Positions 17,701-25,164 of a DNA stretch of 37,481 bases are shown one piece after another. The notes beneath the pieces were generated by a model that was not told the DNA's origin, did no database searches, and was given only the letters and a program-made list of their open reading frames with translations. The translations under genes and the position numbers were made by a program. Numbering within the stretch: position 1 is the first letter of the stretch; each line of letters opens with the position of its first letter. Origin of the DNA: a virus; IMG/VR virus record IMGVR_UViG_3300045988_146796, positions 1-37,481 of that record; one strand, given 5' to 3'.

Positions 17701-20700
17701 CCTATGCCGAGATCGACCAGTATGATGAGAAGGCGAGCCGATTCAACCGCGAGGCTGAAAACGCGCTGTCGCAGAGCGCGCCGGAAGCGCCGGCGCACAC
17801 CGTCAGCGAGCCGGAGAACGTGCGTCTGCGTGCGGTGGACGAGCCGAAGGGCAGAGGGCCGCCGGAGAGATTTTCCCTGAACGAGTTTGAAGACGGCAGG
17901 CGGTTTGTGGATGTGCAGGCAGACCAAGCTCAGTTTGATGGGTTGAACGACAAGCAAAAAACAAAGCTGGCAATTCAAATTATCAAAGAGAGATTTTCGG
18001 GTAAAGTTATCGGTATTGACAACCGTGTGTTTGTCAACGGCAGAAGCGCGGCGGAATACGGACACCCCACAAAAAACATTTCTCCCGATATTCGAGACGC
18101 TAAAATGAGAGCGTCTACAGAACTGGATAACCTGATTGACGCCGGCACGAATTTCAGAACAGAGCCGGACGGAAAAGATGGGCACATTCATCATAACACA
18201 GCCGGGGATTTCCGCTATTTCGATACAACATTCAAAGTTGGGAATGAGTATTATAAGGGCGTTGTCAATATTTTGCCGGTTTCAAAAGGACTCCTTTTGA
18301 AAGATATTACAAAAATAGAAAGCATCACACAGGACATCAGTAGCTCATACGGGCAAAGCCCGAAGTCTACATTCCTGCGTGATGCTTCTATGAGCAGTAT
18401 ATCCAGAAACGGCGGAAATGTCAAGTACAGCGCGTTCAACGAGGAAGTGGCGCGGCAGCTGGCGGGTGAGGAACAGGAAAAACAGCGGTACAGCGCAGAG
18501 AGCGACGAGTTCTACGAACGCCTCGACGAAGAGCTTGCCGATGAAAAAGAGATCGACAGGCAGGAACGAGCCTATGAAAAGGCAGAGCGCGATGGAATGC
18601 GCACAGACTTCCCGTCGATCTCCGCGGAATGGAAGACAAAGCTCGAACGCGCGCGGGCGGCGGCAACGAACAACATCAAGCCGTCCGGCTTCGACAGCTA
18701 CGACGCTTACCTCGACGCGCTGGACAAGCAGCACGCGGCAGATCGCGCTGAGCGGCTGCGCGTCAAGAGCAGGGACGAGTTCAAAGGCACGAAGGCGCTC
18801 GACGAGCTGGGCGTGAAGATCGCAAACAGTGCGGGTATCTACCACAACGCAGAACAGCTCCTTGCCAACGACAAGGCGGCGAAGAGCATTCAGAAGGCAA
18901 CCAAGCGCGCCGAGCAGCGCCTGGGCGCAACGCGGCAGGAAAAGCGCATCGCGCGCGACATCGCAAACGGCGAGCGATCGATGGCCGATATTCCTCGCAG
19001 CGTGAAGAAATCGCGCGTGCTTGAGCTCGTAGACTATTACACGGCGCAGAAGGCAACAAAGACGGGGCTTTTGCAGCAGCAGCGCATTGAGATCAACGAC
19101 GCGCTGCGTGAGCAGGCGCGCGAGCTCATCGGCACGGAAGCCCCGGAGATCAATCGAAAGGGCTTGAGTAAGCTCTTCGACCCGAGTAAAGGCCTTGTGC
19201 TTTACCACCGCACGCCGCAGCGTATTATGCGCGCTCTCTTCGGCTGGAAGCAGGGGCAGAAGATCAACGAGGCCGTCTTTGAGCCGGTCTACGAGAACGA
19301 GCAGGAACGCAAGCGCTTCATCAACCGCTTGTTTGACGAGGTGCGAACCTTTGAAGGCGCGGACGGCAAGAAAAGCGCACTGAACAAGGACGAGAGCGCT
19401 TTCGCCCAAAAGCTGAAAGAGGGGCGTACCGTCGAAGAGCTGGTCGAAAAGTCCGGCGTGGCAGAGAGTATCAGAGCGGCGGCGGAAAACCTCAAGAACG
19501 GCGCAGAAATGAAAGACGCGGCGCGTGAGTTCAATCTTGACGAAGGATCCCGCAACCTGACGCGGCAATATGCCGACTGGCTGCAAACGCAGGAAGACTA
19601 TGCGGCGGCGGAGAATATCGACCGAATGAAGATCGAGAACGCGATCGAGAAGTATACCGAGCTCTACGATAAGCTCTATGCTGCGATCAACGACTTCCTT
19701 GTGGCGCACGGCTATGAGCCGATCGGCTTCATCAAGGGATATGCCCCGCACTTCCAGCCGGAGGCGGAGAGCAGCAAGCTCGAAAGCGCGCTCAAGGCCA
19801 TCGGCGTTGACCTCGGTTCCGGCGTGGGCAAGCTGCCGACAAGCATTGCAGGATTGACTAAATCCTTCAAGCCAAACAAGCGGTACAATCCGTTCTTCCA
19901 GCACCGCAGAGGCAATGAGACGGACTACGATATCGTCAAGGGCTTTGAGACATACGTGGACTACGCGAGCGATGTGCTGTATCACACGGACGACATCATG
20001 CGCGTGCGTCAGATGGCAAACTACCTGAGGTCGACATTCGCGCCGGAAGAGATGAAAGCAGATATCGACCAGATGGAGGCCATGCGCTACGCGCCGGCAG
20101 ACGTGAAGGAAGAATACTTACGAGATAAAAAGAAGATCGCAGACGACACCTTCTTGAGCTATGAAGATCTGACTGCCATGATGGAGCAATACACGGACGA
20201 GAAGTATCGCACAATGGAGGACGTTACAGAATTCAGCGATCTCGTCACATGGCTGGACGACTATGCGAACAAGCTCGCGGGCAAGCAGCTCTTTGAAGAC
20301 CGCCTGATGGAGCGCGAGGTCGGGCGCGAAGCGCTGAACGGCGCGAAGAAGCTCAACCGCATGTTCGCCCGCGCGAACGTTGCGGGCAACCTCTCATCGG
20401 CACTGAACCAGACGGCGCAGCTGCCAATGATCGCAACTGAGCTTGGGCAGAAAAACACATGGCGCGCCGTGGGTGATATCCTGCGATGGAAGACGACCGG
20501 CATGAGCGCATTCCGTGGGGAGAGCGACTTCCTGACGGAAAAGAGCGGCATCGACTATATCCAGAGCACCAAGGGAGAAAAGGCGCTGAAAGTGCTGTTC
20601 AGCCCACTGGAAAAGGTCGATACGCTCGTCAGCACGATCGCTGTGCGCGGAAAGTATCGCATGGAGCTGGACGCCGGAAAGAGCCCGAAAGAGGCGATGA

Positions 20701-21854
20701 AAGCGGCGGATCGTTGGGCGCGCGACATCATGGGTACACGCTCGAAGGGATCGGTGCCGCTGACGTTCCAATCGAAAAACCTCATCGCGCAGATGATGAA
20801 CATGTTTCAGGTCGAGGCGGCAAACACCTTCGAGCACGTCACGCAGGACAGGCTCGGCCCGGGATTCAAGGAAATGGCCGCAAAGATCGGCAAGGACAAG
20901 GCCATCAAAAAGCTTGCGAGCGACGCCATCGCCTACATGCTGCTTGCATTCCTGCTCAACCGGCTGGACGAAGAGCTGTACGGCGGAACACCGGCGCCCT
21001 TTGATGTCCTCGGCATGGGGCTGAATGCCGTAGCCTCCGGAAACGGTCTGACATCGAGCGACCTGCTCAAGACGATCATGGACAATGTGACCGAGAGCTT
21101 CTTCGGCGAGCGGCTCTTCGACACAGACCCGGACGCTATGAACGACGAGTTTGACGGCTGGGCGGCGGCAGAGGACACCTTGTACAACATCAGCAACGAT
21201 GTGCCGTATGTGCGCAACGTCTCCGGCCTGCTCGGCGTGGGAGACCAGACACTGCCGATGCCCGACATCGTCGGTGCACTGAGCAAAGGGAAAAAGGCGC
21301 TGAAAAATGCCGACAGTCCGGGCGAATTCTGGGCGGAGATCGCGCGGCAGCTCATGGGCCTTGCGGGAGACACGCTGCCGGGCGGCCGACAGGCCGAGAA
21401 AACCGCGCAGGGAATTGAAGCCGTTGCACGCGGCGGATCCTACAAGGGGAGCGGCGACAGCAAGCGGCTGCAATACCCGGTGGAGTCGCCGCTGGAAGAT
21501 CCGTGGACGGCGCTGCGGGCAGCCATCTTCGGCAAGAACGCGCTGCCGGAATCTCGCACATACTGGGCGGCGGGCGGCAAGGCGCTGAGCGCGGCGCAGA
21601 CGAGACTCTACGAAGATCTCGTGGACAGCGGCCTGAGCCGGAAGCGGGCATACGAGATCCTCAAGCGCTTCAACGACGCGACGGCGGATCTGGAAGCCGA
21701 CCGGGACAAGAACGGGAACCCCATCGGCGGGAGCAAGAAGGAAAAGATCGTCAAGGAGATCAATAAGCTGCCGCTGAGCCGGAAGCAGAAAAACATGCTC
21801 TATCTCAGCAGGGGATACAGCGAGAAGGATCTGAACGGCTTGCCGTGGAACTGA
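14757..21854 (+). CDS. Giant polyvalent virion or ejection protein, 2365 aa
   Basis: It is a single uninterrupted ORF. It contains a DHIEKRHG motif (16494-16517) in a PBECR/barnase-EndoU-like module and an HETAH zincin motif (17493-17507). It also has Gly/Ala-rich tape-measure-like N-terminal segments and a long helical C-terminal half. Confidence 0.6.
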   Translation: MAIKITQIKPEGAQKSAPSAKDYFEEKPRGENTEYTGRIKITKIPSAETPYQRALDEAILRASAAGQTQLPPGSKKPGAPMRQSEYQKALDEAMMKRAAADRKNRERGRRSYNRSHAQEVREITGDRTKKSITPIIKSAAAGYAADMVGAADTLLRAPSGLNYAASQERGEIEASKKNIAAYTEKLKAAKTEEERQQWQTLIDRNKRLIEINSKAADERVKNYQDATRGAQEKLQGTYQKLRKTASDNMEKANEGLTPVGKYLNNVGVAGAQMAADAALGGGSALGPMFLRVFGGNSQEAAEAADKPGMSAAEQLDAQNRALLYGTASGAVSIATEKISNVAAPFKKAFGGGFLDKAIDGAIAKMNGNAAGRLALSFLSEGGEEVIEDIVQPALQTIYNGQSAGQNYSELDAAEILNDFLVGGALGLIGSGVEGIHNADARLAAERAAGEAAAPTAEQQNTMPAQPAAAQEGAQGVGEGNLAPVPQSAAQGAQEASTSVDTNPKNHTPEEQKRVEDYRAATDSGIVAFVQKVRTLKNPRYRNSVRYPVSDVSAREASAVLDATGVNTSGFTNILTGGAVDHIEKRHGASGKADKSMQDLNDLGRVGYILENFDGAELLLNEDGTPSVSDVWKNSDGTPAARMLFTKKVDGVYYTAVATPDSNAGVIAIESAFMSKEKGSTGTVLNMENISPQVTPEAPQRANASFDNTVPQESGGVKAQEGTESAQTAQADNTTTAGGMNHGGQEVQNHAGGAEFADTAKRGTPEAADAASALPDGAAERGERERGGRESGRIPREVRNVGGEDGNALTVQQRLAASGISQFISPREANVPNGASGDNTVTIFDEVDWDQELIGAADWAKSKGVKKVTALLGVINIEKNGRTGKAFGVFNADTGEIFVNAGSVQRSVSETIEHETAHYLAEVARRENVRTFMRDVQSRYSSEEWGKAYDAYFDRYAALTGDYVGMSENDIELYVWEEIMGDAYAEIDQYDEKASRFNREAENALSQSAPEAPAHTVSEPENVRLRAVDEPKGRGPPERFSLNEFEDGRRFVDVQADQAQFDGLNDKQKTKLAIQIIKERFSGKVIGIDNRVFVNGRSAAEYGHPTKNISPDIRDAKMRASTELDNLIDAGTNFRTEPDGKDGHIHHNTAGDFRYFDTTFKVGNEYYKGVVNILPVSKGLLLKDITKIESITQDISSSYGQSPKSTFLRDASMSSISRNGGNVKYSAFNEEVARQLAGEEQEKQRYSAESDEFYERLDEELADEKEIDRQERAYEKAERDGMRTDFPSISAEWKTKLERARAAATNNIKPSGFDSYDAYLDALDKQHAADRAERLRVKSRDEFKGTKALDELGVKIANSAGIYHNAEQLLANDKAAKSIQKATKRAEQRLGATRQEKRIARDIANGERSMADIPRSVKKSRVLELVDYYTAQKATKTGLLQQQRIEINDALREQARELIGTEAPEINRKGLSKLFDPSKGLVLYHRTPQRIMRALFGWKQGQKINEAVFEPVYENEQERKRFINRLFDEVRTFEGADGKKSALNKDESAFAQKLKEGRTVEELVEKSGVAESIRAAAENLKNGAEMKDAAREFNLDEGSRNLTRQYADWLQTQEDYAAAENIDRMKIENAIEKYTELYDKLYAAINDFLVAHGYEPIGFIKGYAPHFQPEAESSKLESALKAIGVDLGSGVGKLPTSIAGLTKSFKPNKRYNPFFQHRRGNETDYDIVKGFETYVDYASDVLYHTDDIMRVRQMANYLRSTFAPEEMKADIDQMEAMRYAPADVKEEYLRDKKKIADDTFLSYEDLTAMMEQYTDEKYRTMEDVTEFSDLVTWLDDYANKLAGKQLFEDRLMEREVGREALNGAKKLNRMFARANVAGNLSSALNQTAQLPMIATELGQKNTWRAVGDILRWKTTGMSAFRGESDFLTEKSGIDYIQSTKGEKALKVLFSPLEKVDTLVSTIAVRGKYRMELDAGKSPKEAMKAADRWARDIMGTRSKGSVPLTFQSKNLIAQMMNMFQVEAANTFEHVTQDRLGPGFKEMAAKIGKDKAIKKLASDAIAYMLLAFLLNRLDEELYGGTPAPFDVLGMGLNAVASGNGLTSSDLLKTIMDNVTESFFGERLFDTDPDAMNDEFDGWAAAEDTLYNISNDVPYVRNVSGLLGVGDQTLPMPDIVGALSKGKKALKNADSPGEFWAEIARQLMGLAGDTLPGGRQAEKTAQGIEAVARGGSYKGSGDSKRLQYPVESPLEDPWTALRAAIFGKNALPESRTYWAAGGKALSAAQTRLYEDLVDSGLSRKRAYEILKRFNDATADLEADRDKNGNPIGGSKKEKIVKEINKLPLSRKQKNMLYLSRGYSEKDLNGLPWN

Positions 21855-21862
21855 AAATGACG

Positions 21863-21896
21863 AAGAGCGGGGCCGCGAGGCCTCGCTCTTTGTTGA
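21863..21896. terminator. Rho-independent terminator, usable from both convergent genes
   Basis: AAGAGCGGGGCC-GCGA-GGCCTCGCTCTT forms a 12-bp stem with one G-U pair. It is followed by TGTTG. Confidence 0.7.
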
Positions 21897-21901
21897 TTCA
21901 A

Positions 21902-22402
21902 TTACTCCCAGTGATGGAACTCCCGGACAAATTGCTTCGCCCTCGCCTTATTCTCCGCGACATATTCTGCGAAAATGGGAGAACGGCTCTCGCTGGCATG
22001 TGACTCCATGACGGAAAAGGCAAACGAAGGGAAGTTGATAGGAACATAAACGTCTTTTTTCCGACCGATTGGTTTATTCTTACGCCCCAATTCGCACAAA
22101 GTGCGATAAGATTCAATGGCGCTCCAATTAAAACGAACAGCTTCGTCATAATCAATTTCGCCAGAGAAGGACAGGCCGGCAATGAAACCGGATACAAGCC
22201 CTTCCTGCCGGGCGGCGCGACTCTCCCCGCTTGGCGCATCGGATGCGCGAGTCAGCGCAAAATAAAGGGCTACAGCGATAACGCAAAACAGTTCAAAAAC
22301 GCCGAAAAGGTCTCGCCGTGCCGCATCGACCGCGCGAACAACGAAGCCAAGACAGCCGACAGAGAGAACGGCAAGTAACAGATAATAAAAGATTTTTTTC
22401 AC
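21902..22402 (-). CDS. Membrane (possibly lipo-) protein, 166 aa, probable moron
   Basis: GTG 22402 lies 6 nt after GAGGTG. The N-terminus MKKIFYYLLLAVLSVGC is signal- or lipobox-like, and a second hydrophobic helix (LFGVFELFCVIAVALYFAL) follows. It is one of the few genes on the minus strand. Confidence 0.6.
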   Translation of the reverse strand: MKKIFYYLLLAVLSVGCLGFVVRAVDAARRDLFGVFELFCVIAVALYFALTRASDAPSGESRAARQEGLVSGFIAGLSFSGEIDYDEAVRFNWSAIESYRTLCELGRKNKPIGRKKDVYVPINFPSFAFSVMESHASESRSPIFAEYVAENKARAKQFVREFHHWE

Positions 22403-22563
22403 AACAAGCACCTCGCTTTAGAGACACAATATCGGAAAAGCGGCGGTTTGTCAAATTGAAAAAAGCAAGGCGGGAGCCACGCCATCTGCTTGCACAATGA
22501 AAGAATATAAGGAGCAAAAGGCTGCATATGCAGAATCCATACTGTCTTTTTGAATATTAACTA

Positions 22564-22592
22564 TTTACAAGTTGCAAAAAAGGGTGTAGAAT
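22564..22592 (+). promoter_or_regulatory. Sigma-70-like promoter TTTACA-N17-TAGAAT for the Dcd-fold::TM gene
   Basis: I read the hexamers and spacing directly. The element lies about 27 nt upstream of ATG 22619, and AAGGAGGA lies at 22604-22611. Confidence 0.55.
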
Positions 22593-22618
22593 CCGACTAT
22601 TCAAAGGAGGAAACTGCC

Positions 22619-23416
22619 ATGGTACTTGTAGATCGCGACATCACAAGGATGGTGGAGAGCAATAGCCTAATCGAGAACTTTGATAAAAGTTGCCTTACAA
22701 ATATCGGGTACGACTTGCGGGCAGAGTATTTCGCGGTCAACTGGAAAGAGGAACGCTCCGTTACATTAAGACCAGGAGAATCAGTATTTGTTGCTTCAAA
22801 AGAAGCAGTCAGACTGCCGGATAATCTGTTAGGGCGAGTTTATTTGAAGAACAGCAGAATAAGACAGGGATTGTCGCTAGAATCGCCTGTATATCAGCCT
22901 AGACATTTCACGAAGGTATTCTTCCGGCTGAGAAATGTATCAAGCGGAGAAATTAAGCTGTCCGAGAACCAAAAATACGCCATGATCGTCTTTGAACAGT
23001 TGAGCGGAGAGCCTGACGAGCCGTATCACGGGGCATTCCAAAGTGAGATCGACTTCAAAGGGCTTGCTGACTATACAGAAATCTATAAGGGGCAAGTAGA
23101 AGAGATTGAGAAAAAGACCGAGGACCTAAAAAACATGGAGCATAACATTTACGCAAACGTCCTCGTAATCTTAACTGTATTTGTCGCATTGTTCTCTTTC
23201 TTGACTACGAACATCGGCCTGTTCTCAAGAGAGAGCAGCAGCGCTGAATTCGCACTTTATAATTTTATCATGCTAGGCGGAATCAGCTTCTTAGTCGCCA
23301 CACTTTGCAGCACAATCGGGACAAACAAATTTGCCAAATGGGCTATTTGGATAGCTACCATCGTTTTCTTCGCCGCTGCATTCTTTTTGCTATGGAAAAC
23401 AAAAATCATTACATAA
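22619..23416 (+). CDS. dCTP deaminase/dUTPase-fold domain (apparently catalytically degenerate) fused to a coiled coil and three TM helices; candidate defence or exclusion protein
   Basis: The blocks MVLVDRDI, IGYDLR, LRPGE...LPDNLLGRVYLKNSRIRQGL, FFRLRN and IVFEQLSGEPDEPY resemble Dcd family blocks. The C-terminal hydrophobic segments are NVLVILTVFVALFSFLTT, FIMLGGISFLVATLCSTI and WAIWIATIVFFAAAFFLLW. The gene is markedly AT-richer than the phage backbone. Confidence 0.6.
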   Translation: MVLVDRDITRMVESNSLIENFDKSCLTNIGYDLRAEYFAVNWKEERSVTLRPGESVFVASKEAVRLPDNLLGRVYLKNSRIRQGLSLESPVYQPRHFTKVFFRLRNVSSGEIKLSENQKYAMIVFEQLSGEPDEPYHGAFQSEIDFKGLADYTEIYKGQVEEIEKKTEDLKNMEHNIYANVLVILTVFVALFSFLTTNIGLFSRESSSAEFALYNFIMLGGISFLVATLCSTIGTNKFAKWAIWIATIVFFAAAFFLLWKTKIIT

Positions 23417-23421
23417 TTCAC

Positions 23422-23450
23422 AAAGGCAGGGCACTCGCCCTGCCTTTGCC
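23422..23450 (+). terminator. Rho-independent-like terminator
   Basis: AAAGGCAGGGC-ACTC-GCCCTGCCTTT forms a perfect 11-bp stem, and its last three bases are T. Confidence 0.7.
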
Positions 23451-23487
23451 TTATTGAGCGCGAGATAGTTGCAAAGCGCTTGATAAG

Positions 23488-23539
23488 AATTATGGTTAAA
23501 TGAAGTCCGGGCCACCGGATACCAATTAACCATAAAAAT
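23488..23539. other. Candidate attP core for the serine integrase (imperfect 50-bp inverted repeat)
   Basis: AATTATGGTTAA-ATGAAG-TCCGG-GCCA-CCGGA-TACCAA-TTAACCATAAAA lies immediately 3' of int. It could alternatively be the int terminator. Confidence 0.4.
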
Positions 23540-23545
23540 GGCAGG

Positions 23546-25042
23546 CTAAAGGACGAGGCGGTAGTGGACGGTCAGGGTGTTGGCGGCTTTGTTCCATGTG
23601 ATATTTTCGGCAACGCTGCGGACGGCGGCGTTCTTTTCGGCGACGGTGGCGTCGGACGATTGCAGCGTCTTTACCACGGCGCGGAGAGCGGAGCGCAGCA
23701 GCTTCGGATCGGCGGCAGCCTTATCCTCTTTCTGCATGGCGGCGATCTGCGCGTCGAGATCGGCGATGCGCTGCTGCACGGCGGCCTTGCTCGCCTTGTA
23801 CTCTTCCACGGTATCGGCGCCGGTGAGATAGGCGTCGCGCAGGCGGTCGAGCATACGGGCAGCGGAATCGCGGGACGCTTCCAGCGCGGCCATGGCGGAC
23901 ACGCCATTGTCGCCGGAGCGAACCACCTCGAACTCGGGAGAGGAGCCGCGCGCGGCGTCCTCACGGAAACGGGAAAGCAGCGCGTCCTCCAAAACGTCGC
24001 GCCGGATCGACTGCCGAACAAGGCAGGAGCCGTGAATATAATTTTTACACACCAGATACTCGGGTGTATTCACGACGAGGGAGCCGCCGCAGGCGGCGCA
24101 ATGGACGAGGCCGGAAACCCAATGCTTTTGCGTCCAGGACTGGCGGGAATACTTCGGGTAGAGCAGCTTCTGCTCGTCGATACGGCGCTGGACGGCAGAG
24201 AAGGTCTCTTCGTCGATCAGAGGGACGTGCTTGCCGTCGGAGAGGACAACGTTTTCGTTCGCATAGTCGCGGCGGGTGCGACCGGTCGGGTTCCAGCGGA
24301 GTTTGCCGATGTAGACGGGGTTGCGCAGGATATACTCAACGGTACGGTTCTCAAACTTGCCGCCGCGGTGCGTGCGCTGCCCGCAGCTGTTCAGCCAACG
24401 GGCAAGGGGGAAGAAACCTTCGCCCGCGAGATAGCGGCGGAAGATCTCCCTCACATAGTCGTCCTCGGGCGGCTTCGGCACGTACACATGATCCTTGAGA
24501 CCGTAGCCATACGGCGGAGCGCACTGCACCTCGCCGCGACGGTGCTTCTCTTCCATACCACGCTTGACTTCCTGGGCGAGGTTGATGCTGTAGTATTCGT
24601 CCATCGCCTCGATGAGCGCCTCGGTGATGAGGCCCATGCCGCCCTCGGCCACCGGCTCGGAGATCGAGATGACATCAATGCCGAGCTGCTTGCGCAGGAT
24701 CGACTTATACATGACCGCATCGTCGCGGTTGCGGGCGAAACGGGAGAACTTCCAGAGCAGGATCGCGTCGAAGGGCTTGGGCTTTGACTTCGCGACGCCG
24801 ATCATGCGGCGGAATTCGTCGCGCTTTTTCACGCCGCGGCCGGAAATGCCCTCGTCCATGAAAACAAATTCATCCGGCACGATATAGCCATTGCGCGCGG
24901 CCCATTTGCGGATCTCGACGAGCTGCGAGGCGGGGGAGAGCTCCACCTGCTCATCGGTAGAGACGCGGATATAAGCCGCGGCGATGCGAAGATCAGGCAG
25001 CGGCGCGGGGACGGGAGAAGTAAAGCCTTTCGGCGGGGTCAT
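23546..25042 (-). CDS. int: Large serine recombinase (integrase)
   Basis: It contains AAYIRVSTDEQ with the catalytic Ser, a resolvase-type N-domain, and a recombinase domain. A zinc ribbon (CAACGGSL...CKNYIHGSC) and a C-terminal coiled coil are also present. The product is 498 aa. Confidence 0.9.
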   Translation of the reverse strand: MTPPKGFTSPVPAPLPDLRIAAAYIRVSTDEQVELSPASQLVEIRKWAARNGYIVPDEFVFMDEGISGRGVKKRDEFRRMIGVAKSKPKPFDAILLWKFSRFARNRDDAVMYKSILRKQLGIDVISISEPVAEGGMGLITEALIEAMDEYYSINLAQEVKRGMEEKHRRGEVQCAPPYGYGLKDHVYVPKPPEDDYVREIFRRYLAGEGFFPLARWLNSCGQRTHRGGKFENRTVEYILRNPVYIGKLRWNPTGRTRRDYANENVVLSDGKHVPLIDEETFSAVQRRIDEQKLLYPKYSRQSWTQKHWVSGLVHCAACGGSLVVNTPEYLVCKNYIHGSCLVRQSIRRDVLEDALLSRFREDAARGSSPEFEVVRSGDNGVSAMAALEASRDSAARMLDRLRDAYLTGADTVEEYKASKAAVQQRIADLDAQIAAMQKEDKAAADPKLLRSALRAVVKTLQSSDATVAEKNAAVRSVAENITWNKAANTLTVHYRLVL

Positions 25043-25164
25043 AAAAGGTCACTCCTTTGCGGGGGGGATTTTTACCGGTGGCGGGGCGGGACAGAATGGT
25101 ATATACTGTTCTGCGGCGCCGAATATAATCATCGGGAGCTTCTGAGAGGAAAGAGAGGCAAACC

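Noticed and set aside
18345-19985. A 546-aa minus-strand ORF (and the similar ORFs at 20394..21473 and 17460..18194).
   Set aside because: They are antisense to the uninterrupted 2365-aa gene. Their composition is Arg/Leu-rich and they have no start context.
14757-21854. Calling the giant ORF a tape measure protein.
   Set aside because: No tail tube, sheath, or tail-assembly-chaperone pair with a slippery frameshift precedes it. It also carries enzyme-like modules (HExxH, DHIEKRHG). Only the N-terminal Gly/Ala-rich part is TMP-like, so a polyvalent ejection or virion protein is the more defensible label.
22550-22618. A TTG-initiated 23-codon N-terminal extension of the Dcd-fold gene.
   Set aside because: The extension would overlap the predicted promoter (22564-22592). 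AAGGAGGA sits at the correct distance from ATG 22619, which also matches the Dcd family N-terminus (M.L.DRDI).
23488-23539. The hairpin-rich region downstream of int as a possible tRNA or tRNA fragment (a common att target).
   Set aside because: No cloverleaf, no T-loop GTTCNANNC-type motif and no acceptor-stem pairing could be drawn. The symmetry fits a recombinase site or a terminator better.
23564-24787. A 407-aa + strand ORF.
   Set aside because: It lies entirely antisense to the serine integrase, whose catalytic and zinc-ribbon motifs are unambiguous on the minus strand.
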